Shown here in pieces: positions 37,735-49,089 of a stretch of DNA of 64,000 nt. A program made the translations under genes and the position numbers. Positions within the stretch are counted from its first letter, which is position 1; every line of letters starts with the position of its first letter. The stretch is from the IMG/VR virus record IMGVR_UViG_2974731583_000001, positions 34,668-98,667 of that record, one strand, 5' to 3'. Under the pieces are notes generated by a model. It was not told where the DNA came from. It saw nothing but the letters and a program-made list of their open reading frames with translations, and did no database searches. Origin of the DNA: a virus (lineage: Duplodnaviria; Caudoviricetes).

Positions 37735-40700
37735 ATGATATTTTGTCCTAATTTAAAAAACAAGGTTGTAGGAAAAGAATTTAAAAAACTTACAGATGTA
37801 CTTGGAGAAGACCTAGCATATCTTCTATGGGATAAAACAAATGGCGAAGGAGTCCTCTACGATGAGTAGGGGAATCTCCTTTAGTCATATAAGAAGATAT
37901 TAGATCGTGCTAACGGAGACGAGGAATCTGCTATAATAGCTATTGCGGAAACTATAATAAATGGTACTCCAGACACAGAGTTAAAAACAGGAAAGTTTTT
38001 AAACTATTACGATTATCAGAAGGCGTATATTGAAAAGTTTATGCCAAAAATCAGAATGAATTTGAATAATTCTGAAATCAATGAGGTTGAAGATCAAATT
38101 GTGTTTAATAGAATTTCTGACCTTCTTGGTGTAGAAGCTGCGGATTCATTTCGTTATTATGTACACGAAAACATTGACGATCTGTCTAACAAGGTGTTTT
38201 CTATATCTGTAGATAAGAACAACCTTCCAGATTATTCCAAAGATGTTCGTACTAACAAGATTACAGAGTTGGCTCGAATCTGGTTAAATACAGAGTATTT
38301 TAATAATATTCTTCCAGAACAGCTTCAAAACCTGCGTAACAAATGGATAGATGGCGGAAAAGTTATATCATATCCTGAAATGTTTATATCGAACATAATA
38401 AACTCTATTAAACATTCAGATATAAATGAATATGATCAGACTACACAAGATATAATAAACAACGCTTGTATAATATCATATCGCGCTTCGTTCAACGATA
38501 TTAAATAGAAAAGCCAACGTTTTGGTAAATTAAAACACGATATTTCAGACAAAGAAAGTAAGTTTTATAAATCTTTATTCGATGCAATAAAGCAACACAA
38601 CACCAATATTTTCAGTACAAAACGTGCGTATGACGAACGGCTACGTTTACAATTAGAATATAAAGCCAATTCAGATTTACATAAGCAATTTATAAATTAC
38701 TTATCAAAAAGTTTGGCTAATTATTATTCTGCAAAACAAAGAAAATCGCAATGGAATGTTATAACTAGCCCCACCAAGATGAGTTTAAAGTAGGTGCTTA
38801 CTAGTATAGCAAAAGATCCAGAATATAAAATATATAAAGATCTGTGTGAAAGGTTATCTAAAATGTCTGGTGATATTGAAATATTATTCGACAGAATAGA
38901 TTCCGATGCTACCTTTGGTCGACACCTATATACAAAAAATAAAAATTCAGAAAAAATTACTAAGATAATAATAGATGTTTATAAAACTAGACTAACCCCA
39001 CACGAACAAATACAGACTATATTGCACGAAATCGTTCACGCCGCCACTATAAATTATTTAGTAGACCATAAAGAATTGTCACAAAAGTTAAAAAAATATA
39101 TAGATTATATAGTTAGTGCCAATTCCAACTCGTTGTTTTACATGTTGTCTGATGTTTATGGGTTTAAAAATGAAAGAGAATTTATTGCTGAATTTTTCGC
39201 CAACCCAATGTTTCGCGAAAGTTTAAAGTATATGGAGCCAATGGAAGGCGGAGAATTTAAATCTCTGTTTCATTAGATTATAGATTTTATACTTTCTTTA
39301 TTTGGTTATAAAGATAAATCCGGTAGTGTGTATGATCAAATAAGTCCTATAATGGAATATATATTAGACGAAGGAATTTCATATGGTTCTTTAGTTCAAT
39401 ATAACCCAATTAAACATGCAGAATTTGAACTCATACGTAGTAATTTACAAGCATAGAAATCAACTATAAAAAGCTCTATAGATCGTCTAACTTCTGCATA
39501 CAAGCGTAAAACAAAAACAACGGCGTTAGATGAAGATGTAAAACAACATTTATTCTTTTTGCAGTGTAAATTAAAAAGCTTAGATGATACTGAAAGTAAA
39601 ATCGAGGTTCTTAGAGTTTTTGTTGAAGATATTATTGGCGATATTAGAACACCAAAAAGTTGGTCTGGTAAATATTTAGAAAAAATACAACAATGGGAGG
39701 ATGATACTAATTTTGAACATGTAACTCCATCAGATATTGTAGATGTCTATGAAAATGTAATATGTATATTAAATCTGTTTATTGGTGATACTGGTGTTAT
39801 ACGTTCACAAGATATAGACTTTGATGAAAAAGCCGAAAAAAACTTTGACTCTCTTAGAAAGGCAAAAGATAAGATTTACGACGTTTGGGCTCATGCGACA
39901 CACGAAGTTAGTAGTAGAATAGTAGACGATTTTGTTGATAATTATGCTGACGCAGTAACCGAAGACCGCGAGGGTATGAAACAAGTAACAAAAGACTGGT
40001 TGTTCAACAGTATAATGTTTAATGACTTTGGTGGCGTTGTTGCATTTTTATATAACTACGCGAATTCTCCAAACCCTGTTATCAAACAGATATTCCATTT
40101 AATACAAACAAAAGAATCATTAACTGAATAGGAATTTGCAGAAATAATAAGACCAATCGAACGTCTGATGCACAAACACGACAATATGTTTAGCAGAAAA
40201 AAACATAATGTTGCAAAATTGATTGCAGAAAAAGATGCAAACGGTTAGTTTACTGGATATTATGTTACCGAAGCAAATCGCGGTGAATGTGAAAGAGTTG
40301 TTGAATTGCGTACAGAACAATTTCGCAATAAATTTATGGAAGACCATAAGTTTACAAACAGTTTTGGCGATACTATTTACCCATTCTATATGCAGGAAGA
40401 TGGAAAATGGCTTCTTGTATAGAAGGTAGTAGATAAAGACGGCGATGTTACATTTATAAGGGAAGATGCTTTTTCACACAGAACTTCTCAATGGGTTCCT
40501 GTTGGTGGATCTTATTCTTGGTCTCCAACTGACGCTCCATTGTTTGTACAGTATATGCTCGGCATTGAAAAGATTAAAAGTGAAGAATATGATCGTCGTT
40601 ATACTTTTAATTATTATAGTGAACGTTTAAGTCCACCATATCATGAAAAATATTGTCCTGATGGACACGGTTTGTCTCCTGACACTTTAGCAAAATATAA

Positions 40701-43700
40701 CGAAATTCAAAGCGAAATAAACTTTTATTATGATCTTGCTACTGGAAAAGACGGTGTATGTAGGCCAGAAGATCTTTCTCCAGAAAATAAAGAAAAACTT
40801 AGATATTATAAAAAAGAATTAGAAAATTTATCTAATCCATATATAACACCTCCTAATTACGTTCAAGGTCAAACTGGCATTCTTAAAAGTGGTGATGATT
40901 ATAGAATGGCTTGTGAAATTTGTGCGTGGCAGAAATATATAAACGACAAAACAGAATAGTCATTTGATTTTGATACTTTTGAAGAAGCACTACAAGAAGC
41001 AACCAAAAAAGGAAACCAAGATGCGTTTTTAGAGTTTAATGGTTCTTTTTCTATTTCACCAGAATATTATGAGTATGTTACTAAATAGGTTGCTAATGCT
41101 GTATATAACAAATTAAAAGCAGACGCAGCAAAAACTAATACAATATGTGCTTTTACGTTTGATCAAGTATTGCGTGCGGTTTAGACTAGATACGAAAGCA
41201 AAGATAAATCATTTAAAAAAGCGTTTGGTAAACTATTTAAAACAAACGACTTATTTAATCCAGATTTATCCGAATTCTATAATAAAATAGAGTATTTATT
41301 AGAAGCTAAACGATTAGACGAACAATCTGCTAAACCTTCTAATGCTACTATGGAGACAATTGGAGGTATTCCAATTGGTGTGGTATGGTCTAAGCATTTT
41401 AATAGTTATCAAATACCGTATACAACAAATAATGGTTATGAAAGGGTTATTGTAGATGACGATGGATATATTTCTATAGACGAACTTAACCCTTCAAAAG
41501 ACATTAAACCGGAAGAAAGAGCAACATATTTAGATAAGGCGCTATGCTACTTTGAGGAACTTATAAACGATCCAAATCATTCTTTAGGTATCGGGTATTT
41601 AGACGGTATTAATGATGATCGTGGAGAACCTATGAACATAATAAATGTTGCTGACAGATAGTATGCTCAGTTCTCTAATAAAGGTCTTAGAATACAGCAA
41701 TGGATTTATGACAATATTCTTACATATAAATACACTGCACGAGATAGTTCATGGACAGGAGAAACTATATTAAAGAAACCACTTACCATGTTTTGTGCAC
41801 GTAAACCAGCAAAAGATACGTTTACTTGGAAAGGTAAAGAAGTTCCTTCTGTTTGTTGGACACCGACATCATCTAGGTTTAAACATAAAGGTAATGCGTA
41901 GGATAATAATTTTTTAAATTCTGACTATGATTTCTCTAAACAAGCTTAGGTTCAACCTAAGCTCAGTAAATATAGAAATCCAGATTACGATAAAATATTA
42001 GATGATTAGTACGCAAAATCTTTGTACGACTCTATATTTGATATAATGAGATATTGCTGGGATATATATTTTCCTGATCAGCCGTATTTAGGTCAAATGC
42101 CACAAATAGAAGCTAGTGCTGGTGCACAATTATCTAGACTGTTTAATAATGGATTACAAGCAACATCTCAACAGCTTATATCAAACATGACAGATGTACA
42201 GGCAAAAGATGATGTAATAAGAACAAAGGATAGAATAGTAAACCCAGATGGAAGTTACGCTAACGAGGTTCTTCAGAAATACGTAGGAAAGATAAATGAC
42301 CCACAGATGATTTCTATAGATCATTTCAATGCTGTTGCTCATTTTTTAATGGCCGCTTTAAGTTATAAGAACAAAAAAGATATTCAAGATACTATAAAAG
42401 CTATACGTATGAGTTTAGATCCTAACATTAGATCTAAATATTTTGAAAAATTCGGCCAAAAAGAAGGACAATTTGAACCAAAAGAGAATAAAAACTCTGT
42501 AAAAGTATTTGATGCAATGGTAGATACGCATCTATATGATACAAAATCAGATTTTATAGAATCTGAAGATGATAGTGTTGGAACCGGTGAAGATAAAAAC
42601 AAAATACGCCCATTAATGGTTGGTGCGTTTGCTACAGCTGGTTCTGCTTCTGCTGTAGCTCCATTGGCATTTCTTGGTTTTACAACACTTAGTGTATTTG
42701 GTATAGCTGTTCCTATAACAGCTGCAACGTTAATAACAAGCGCTGCATTTGGTATCGTTACTGGAGCTGCTGCTGCGTTTACTACATATTATCAAAAGAA
42801 AAACGGACAATCTGCTGGTGCTGGAAAGTATTCTAGATTATTCATTACTGCTACTGCATTACAGCTTTTAGGTTTTAACTTATTGTCTGCTATGACAGGT
42901 GCGTTTGACTCTACAATCACATTAATTCGTGTTGCGTTAGAAGGAACTGGTATAAACATAAAAGACTTAACCTCTTCTTTTTATCATGTTATAACAAACC
43001 TGCCAAAAATGTTGCAAAATATAAAAAATCCAGTAGCAAATAATAAAATCACAGAAATGATGAAAAAAGCTGGAGTTTCTATAGACTTCAGGTCTCGTTT
43101 TTCTGACGGATTAAATAGTAGAGCATATAGAGTACTAACAGAACTTCCAATGGCTGTGTATAGACTCGGAGATTACTTTACATCATCTTGTTTGCTTACA
43201 TCAATGTACATGAATACAAGACTGTTTGATCCAGAAAAGTTTAAATATGATATAGACACAACAGTTCCTGCTGGTTTCTATACTAAAAACCAATTAGTAA
43301 CTAAACTTATGGACGACGGATTCCTTAAAAAAGAAGCTATTGCGATTTATAATAGATGTAACGTTAATTTATATGATGCCACAGATGAAAAAGCACAACC
43401 TAAAGATGAGTATAAACATCTAATAACACAAGATAATTTTGATAGATGCAGGTCGTATTCTAAGTTTAGATAGGCTCTTATAAACGGAACTAACCCAGAT
43501 AACGATAAAGCTCCTTGGAGAAATAGTCCGTGGGCTTCTGCTGTAATGTTATTTAGAGGATTCTTGTTACAAAATTTACAAGAAAAATTCGCTGGTGGTA
43601 TAGACAATATACCAAAACGATTCAAACGCACTGAAGAACCAGAAACAACTGGTACAAATACTAAATTGGTTTCAAAAGTTTCTGTTATTCCGTTTACTAA

Positions 43701-44580
43701 ACAAGAGCAAGAACGTAGATTTGCATATAACTATGAACTTGGACATTCATAGCCAGAAACATTTAAAGCTTTATATAGAGCGTGTGGTGCTATATTAGAG
43801 TATGTAATAAATCCAATAGTAAACGCTTTTCGTAATAAGAAATCTGAAACTAGAAAATTAAGCGCAGTAGAGGTTAACGCATTAAAGCGGCTATTTATAT
43901 TCTGTTTATCTATGCTTGTACAAACAGTTGCTGTAAAACAATTCCATGATTTTGCAACAGACAATATAACACTTCCACAGAAAGTACACTATTATAAAAA
44001 CAGAGATGTAAAGGGCCCTAAAGACGTATTCAATGCAGTAGATTGGATCAATTACTGGAAATATGCTGCCGAAAATAGACATTATTTGGCTATTATAGAT
44101 GATGTTTTGTTTAGAACCCATACTTCACAGTTAAATACGTGGAACATATCGGATGCTGAGTCTATTATTACATGTGCTACAGTATTACAGTCTGGTTATA
44201 ATCAGTTACTTGGTACTTCAAGAGCCACTCAAGAGCTTCTTGAAATAGACGACCTTGGAAATAGAAAGGGTAATCAAATAATTACCCACGGTGGATATGC
44301 AGGACAAACCAGAAAAGCTAGAGATTTAGCTAAAACTTTTGGGTGGTTAAATAATACACACACGTCGCTTACACTCGCTGGCGTACAAGCAAACTATAAC
44401 TTTAACCGTAAGACATTTAACCCAATATTAAATAGAATCATTGGTAAAAAAGATGAAGAAAAACCAATTATAAAGAAGGCTAAACCAAACAGAAACGATG
44501 GTTATGATTTAGATATGTCTGGCACAGACGGTTTTGATTTAGGAACAACTAATAGTTCAGACGGTTTCGATTTAGAATAA
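37735..44580 (+). CDS. Large cargo/ejection protein with zincin-like domain and TM hairpin, 2,281 aa, about 18 in-frame TAG
   Basis: Starts MIFCPNLKNK...EF..L. HEIVHAAT (39025-39039)...EFIAE metalloprotease motif. Hydrophobic stretch ~42610-42790. Track ORFs 38041-44580 share one frame and the gaps contain only TAG. Confidence 0.8.
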
Positions 44581-44611
44581 AAACGGCGCTATTTAAGTAC
44601 TGTTTATATAA

Positions 44612-44662
44612 AAAATAAAAAAAAGGGAGACTTGTCAATCGACAGGCCTCTCTTTTTTTATT
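44612..44662. terminator. Bidirectional intrinsic terminator at the convergence of late (+) and early (-) units
   Basis: A-tract-GGGAGACTTGTC-aatc-GACAGGCCTCTC-T-tract. Overlaps the last codons of 44635..45117. Confidence 0.8.
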
Positions 44663-45117
44663 GTTAGAACATCGTCAAATGTAATTGGCGGATCTTCTGG
44701 TGGCACATTTGTTATATCCATCCACACATATGATTCTTTTAACAACCAATCGGTGACTTCATCACCAAGTCCCCAAAAGTCTATAACTTTACGTTTTTCT
44801 TCTGTACTCAAATAGATAGTTTTATTGTCTATTTTGTAGTTTGGGTACGGATACATAGAATATAAACTATATGGAATTCCTTTTATATATCGAATACCAT
44901 TGAATTCTACACGATTATCTAATCGAAGTTTTCTGTTAAGTTTTATTGTTTCTTCATTAACTGGATTTGTTCGGTAAAGTAAGAATATTTTATGTCCTTC
45001 TTGTGGGTGATCTGGATCTGCTGTATATAAGTTTACAAATCCTTTTTCTTTAGAAAAATCATCTTTATTTAAAGTTGATGGTGAAAGTGCTATTATTATT
45101 TTTTCAGTTGGTGTCAT
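44635..45117 (-). CDS. Hypothetical protein, 160 aa
   Basis: Clean ORF with ATGA-type overlap with the upstream nuclease. Confidence 0.7.
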   Translation of the reverse strand: MTPTEKIIIALSPSTLNKDDFSKEKGFVNLYTADPDHPQEGHKIFLLYRTNPVNEETIKLNRKLRLDNRVEFNGIRYIKGIPYSLYSMYPYPNYKIDNKTIYLSTEEKRKVIDFWGLGDEVTDWLLKESYVWMDITNVPPEDPPITFDDVLTIKKERPVD

Positions 45118-46103
45118 TGGATCAGTGTCTCTATTCCATCGTTCTTATAATACTCTAAAGAATGGTCCCATTTATTGTTAACAAGGTGCCATCCTATTTT
45201 ATTTAGAGCATCATCTATAGTAGATTGACGGGTAATGATATCTTTATTTTTTACATACAACACACGAATTTCATAGCTTCCTGTAGTATCTATAGGTATA
45301 AAATACCTATCAAATTTCCATTGTGATGGGTCTTCGTGCTTTTCTATAGCTAAATACCACTTTACAGCTTGAGTATAATATTCAAGTTGCCTTAAATAAT
45401 CATACTTATCAACACTGTGTTCAAAAGTCCATATATTTTGAGTAGTTTTTAGGTCTGCAATAATACAGCGTTTGTTTTTAAAATCGAACGCTACATAATC
45501 TAATAAAGATTTGCATTTAACCATACCATAATACGTGTACTTTTCCCAATTTATATGGAATTCGTGGTGAACTTCCATAGATGTTGGGATTTCTTTGAAA
45601 AGCCATTGGAACGCCCAGTGATTTTTTGCAGTTTCTCCTATACGGTTTAACATGTATGAATCGAAGTCTGATATTATTTTTCTATTGTCATTTGACTTCA
45701 GTAATTCAATATAATCCTTAAGCTCTGAGGCTATTTTTAAGCCTTCTGATAGCATTTTTTCCTCTGACTTACCAACTATGCTATAAGTGTCTTTGTATGC
45801 GTTTAAAACGGCTCTATTTGGCTCTATTTCAAGGGAAGATGCTATAGTCTGACAGAACTTCTCCTGTTGTGCAGAAGAAGGTCTACGTTTGTTGTAAAGA
45901 ACGTAGTCCTTATCGAACTCTTCTGGCTGTAACAAATACTCGTGTATCATTGTTCCACGCTCCAAAACAGCATTTTTCTCTTCTTTTGGAGGATTTGTTA
46001 GCATCTTATGTAAAAAGGCTGGCCCCTTACTAAGGAACCAGCCTATATTAGAGTTTGAGATCCTTGTGAGATCTTCATAATACGGTATAGATAAATCCAT
46101 CAT
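45114..46103 (-). CDS. PD-(D/E)XK exonuclease (RecE/ExoVIII-like)
   Basis: ISNS; GTMIHEYLL.PEEF; CKSLLD; IIADLKTT; Y.Y.RQL.YY. Confidence 0.8.
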   Translation of the reverse strand: MMDLSIPYYEDLTRISNSNIGWFLSKGPAFLHKMLTNPPKEEKNAVLERGTMIHEYLLQPEEFDKDYVLYNKRRPSSAQQEKFCQTIASSLEIEPNRAVLNAYKDTYSIVGKSEEKMLSEGLKIASELKDYIELLKSNDNRKIISDFDSYMLNRIGETAKNHWAFQWLFKEIPTSMEVHHEFHINWEKYTYYGMVKCKSLLDYVAFDFKNKRCIIADLKTTQNIWTFEHSVDKYDYLRQLEYYTQAVKWYLAIEKHEDPSQWKFDRYFIPIDTTGSYEIRVLYVKNKDIITRQSTIDDALNKIGWHLVNNKWDHSLEYYKNDGIETLIQ

Positions 46104-46879
46104 CGCAATTTAAGATTTAACGTTTTTACGATAGTTTCGATAGAATCATCCTTAAACAGTTGCATTTCTTCTGCAATGGTATTAACGTTATCAAAAGATA
46201 TAGTTCTTACATTATTAAAGATATAATCAATAGCTTCAGTTGTACGAGCTTCATCATTAATTCTATCTTCAATCAATTTAAATGCAATATCTTTTGTTAG
46301 TCCTTTATATGTTTTATTGTATCGAATACGAGAACATCTATCTATAAAATATTTAGATATATCATCTTCTTCGTTACACGTACAAATTACTAATTTCTTT
46401 AGGGTATTAGATACTCCGTCAAAGAAGTCAAGTAAGTTTTTTGTAACCCAATATTTATCAATTTCATCGAAGATTATACATACATCTGTTTTAAATTTTG
46501 AGAAAAATGATTCTATATTACAAGATGCAACGGATTTATTTATTACAAGTATTGGTAAGTTAGATTCTTTTGCTAAATGTTTAGCGAAAAGGGTCTTTCC
46601 AGAACCCTTCAATCCACTTAACAACACACCTGTAGTTTTCTTTTCTGTATTCTCAAATGTAGTCAATATACGATTTTCAAAGTTAATGTCATCATTGGTT
46701 AAGTAATAATTACTAGGAAATGTGAAATCATTTCCTTCTACCAAATATACCTCATCTGTGAATCTATCTTGCTCTACATTATATATTTTTCCGTTGACAA
46801 GCGAATAATCGCTTCCTTCTACTTTTGGAATTATTTTACCGTTATGTGATACAAACTCTTGTGTGTTATTGTTTTTCAT
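46100..46879 (-). CDS. AAA-family ATPase
   Basis: Walker A GLKGSGKT, Walker B IIFDEIDK, LLDFFDG, DRCSR arginine finger. Confidence 0.8.
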   Translation of the reverse strand: MKNNNTQEFVSHNGKIIPKVEGSDYSLVNGKIYNVEQDRFTDEVYLVEGNDFTFPSNYYLTNDDINFENRILTTFENTEKKTTGVLLSGLKGSGKTLFAKHLAKESNLPILVINKSVASCNIESFFSKFKTDVCIIFDEIDKYWVTKNLLDFFDGVSNTLKKLVICTCNEEDDISKYFIDRCSRIRYNKTYKGLTKDIAFKLIEDRINDEARTTEAIDYIFNNVRTISFDNVNTIAEEMQLFKDDSIETIVKTLNLKLR

Positions 46880-47261
46880 TTTGTTTCTGACTTAAAAGTT
46901 CTTGAATCATTTCATCTACCTGCTTGTGATTTCTCACAAGATAACATGTCATTTTAGATCTGTGTCGTTTCAGGTAATATTTAAACAATTTATATCTTAA
47001 AGGAAATGAATCTCCTATAAGACCTTTACATTCTACCACAAACCCTTTTCCTATAAAGTCTGGTAGATATGTAATAGGGCGAATCTTTTCGCCCAAATAC
47101 TCGAACTTTGGAAGTAGTGTAAAATGCTTTGGCTCATATTTCACTGGTATACCAGCTTTCATAAAAGCTTCATAAGTATAGAGTTCGAGTTTACTCCTAA
47201 AATGGATTCCATACTTATCGACCGATGTCGCATTCTTTACCCTACCACCCTGCTTTTTCAT
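46866..47261 (-). CDS. Small PD-(D/E)XK endonuclease (DUF1064 / T7 endonuclease I-like resolvase)
   Basis: FRSKLE; YEP..F.L; TYLPDF; VVECKG. Confidence 0.75.
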   Translation of the reverse strand: MKKQGGRVKNATSVDKYGIHFRSKLELYTYEAFMKAGIPVKYEPKHFTLLPKFEYLGEKIRPITYLPDFIGKGFVVECKGLIGDSFPLRYKLFKYYLKRHRSKMTCYLVRNHKQVDEMIQELLSQKQNEKQ

Positions 47262-48247
47262 GGATCATAGTCTCTTGTATAAGGGGTTAATGTTTTATCT
47301 AGCCATGCTTTCACATCGCTAAATGAATTATTTTTTACAGCATCAGATATGTCTTTTGCGTTAAATTTTTTGTTTACAAAGAACGCATGTAGCTTATAGC
47401 GTTTACTATAATCTCTTGCTTTTTGCATTCCTGTTTTGTCACGATCATACAATATAAGCATTTTTTTCCATTTACTCCGTAAAGACTTTAATATGTCTTC
47501 TGGAATAAATGTGGTTTCACTTGAGCTAGCTATAGCATAAAATCCCATCTCATACAAACACATTACATCCTTTAGAGATTTTGTAATGATTAGGAGATCA
47601 CCACCCTCTTTTGGTAACTCGGCTAGTCCCTGTACGTGCCGATTTGTCAGATTGGTACGCCATTTAGTATACTTAGAGGCTAATGGACGATAAATCTTAA
47701 ATTTATCATACACTTTATATGCATACATAGGACTATCTTCTTTGTAGGTTCCTCTGACGACTCTATTACAAAGAAAGTATTTTATGCTAAATACATTATA
47801 TCGTCGTAATGTATCAATAGATATATGAAATTGCTTCCAATATCTTTTGTCTATCTCAGTGAAAGGTTGACGAACAATACCGATGTCTGTATCTACTCTA
47901 GATGTATATTCTTTTGTAGTATTAATTTGTACATTAGTAGGATTAATCCTTCTAACTATACGCAACAGTTCTCTTTCGAGTTCATCTCTTGTTTGTAACC
48001 CCTTGTAAAGCTTCATAAATTTTAGTGCATTACCAGATACTCCAGTACCGTGGTCTTTAAACAATAAAACACCTTCTCTACTATAAAATATAGCAAATGA
48101 AGGCATCTTATCATTATTTCTTAATGGACTATTTATAAGCTTTCCTGGCTTTATGTTGCCTAAATAATATGAGTATATTGTATAATCATCAACTTTATTC
48201 AATAAGTCTTTTAGACTCATTGTAATTGCTGTTTTTGTACTATACAT
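47258..48247 (-). CDS. DNA primase (DnaG-like TOPRIM, crAss type)
   Basis: SPLR.ND..PSF; FKDHGTG; IITKSLKDVM; SET; LYDRD.TG; KDISD. Confidence 0.85.
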   Translation of the reverse strand: MYSTKTAITMSLKDLLNKVDDYTIYSYYLGNIKPGKLINSPLRNNDKMPSFAIFYSREGVLLFKDHGTGVSGNALKFMKLYKGLQTRDELERELLRIVRRINPTNVQINTTKEYTSRVDTDIGIVRQPFTEIDKRYWKQFHISIDTLRRYNVFSIKYFLCNRVVRGTYKEDSPMYAYKVYDKFKIYRPLASKYTKWRTNLTNRHVQGLAELPKEGGDLLIITKSLKDVMCLYEMGFYAIASSSETTFIPEDILKSLRSKWKKMLILYDRDKTGMQKARDYSKRYKLHAFFVNKKFNAKDISDAVKNNSFSDVKAWLDKTLTPYTRDYDP

Positions 48248-48265
48248 GGTTTAAAACTCTTTATG

Positions 48266-48401
48266 TGGCTCCGTAGGGAATCGAACCCTACGTGGACTAG
48301 TAACTATGTCATCATAAAACAACTATGAACAAACGAACCTTTCGTTATGATATTAGATATTAAGTTGTCCATGTCTGTGTTTCTCAACACCCTGACGAGC
48401 C
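48266..48401 (-). ncRNA. tRNA/tmRNA-like structured element, 136 nt, non-canonical
   Basis: 5' GGCTC pairs with 3' GAGCC-A. Perfect T-arm GTAGGG-TTCGATT-CCCTAC. GTGTT-GAGA-AACAC hairpin. Long TGGAC/GTCCA-closed stem in place of the anticodon arm. Confidence 0.55.
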
Positions 48402-48464
48402 GTGGGAGGGGCATTTCACCCCTCTAGGTCAATAGAATTGACTGCTCCACCAACCTGCAAGCGA

Positions 48465-49073
48465 TTAAAAAGGTAAATCGTCTGCAGGGTTTTTATTTTC
48501 ACTCACAGTGTCCGGAATAATGCTTGGTGGGAGATTAAGCGGGTCATTTTGTTCTGTATCTGCGGATACAGGACGCTCCATAAGATCCTTTTTAAAGATC
48601 TTTATCTGCGAGTCTGCTATTTCCATTTTCTCAACAAAAATACCGTTCTGACTTACTTGGGTATAACCCTTTTTGTCATAACATACCTTAAGTCGCAATG
48701 GCTTATTGGTACCGATCATTGGGTCAAGAATACCTTTTACCCAATTGATCATGTCTATAAAAGTATTTAGTTCAGCGTCTGGACGCTTATCATAGAAACA
48801 ATCAATGATTTGACAGATGCGTCCAAACTGAACGTTATCGCGTCTCTGTAATTCTTCGTCTGTCTTAATCCATTGATTCTTTTCGTTTTTCCATTCCGTC
48901 ATACTTGCGGTCTGGCCGTCCGAGTTTTCGAAGATAATCTCTAAGAAATCTCGACCGTTTTGGGTTTTGTTTACATTTACCTCTTTAAGGGTTATATTTT
49001 CGTTAATACCTACAGGCATGTAAGAACCTGTGAATTCCTGATTATTTGTTGTTGCTGTTTTTGTACTATACAT
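48465..49073 (-). CDS. Single-stranded DNA-binding protein, 202 aa (start corrected to 49073)
   Basis: C-terminal acidic DDLPF tail. The start at MYSTKTATT avoids overlap with the upstream gene and has an AT-rich leader. Confidence 0.7.
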   Translation of the reverse strand: MYSTKTATTNNQEFTGSYMPVGINENITLKEVNVNKTQNGRDFLEIIFENSDGQTASMTEWKNEKNQWIKTDEELQRRDNVQFGRICQIIDCFYDKRPDAELNTFIDMINWVKGILDPMIGTNKPLRLKVCYDKKGYTQVSQNGIFVEKMEIADSQIKIFKKDLMERPVSADTEQNDPLNLPPSIIPDTVSENKNPADDLPF

Positions 49074-49089
49074 AATTCTTAACTCTGAG

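Noticed and set aside
1750-44121. Minus-strand track ORFs opposite the late genes (e.g. 1750..2160, 16525..17004, 18652..19134)
   Set aside because: They are shadows of the codon-biased + strand genes, with non-protein-like composition and no plausible starts.
6822-44580. Interpreting the many short + strand ORFs as pseudogenes or a degraded prophage
   Set aside because: Interruptions are almost all TAG, frames are preserved and catalytic motifs are intact. This is recoding, not decay.
48340-48365. T-CTA-A inside the tRNA-like element as an amber suppressor anticodon
   Set aside because: It has no proper 5-bp anticodon stem around it and the cloverleaf spacing is wrong.
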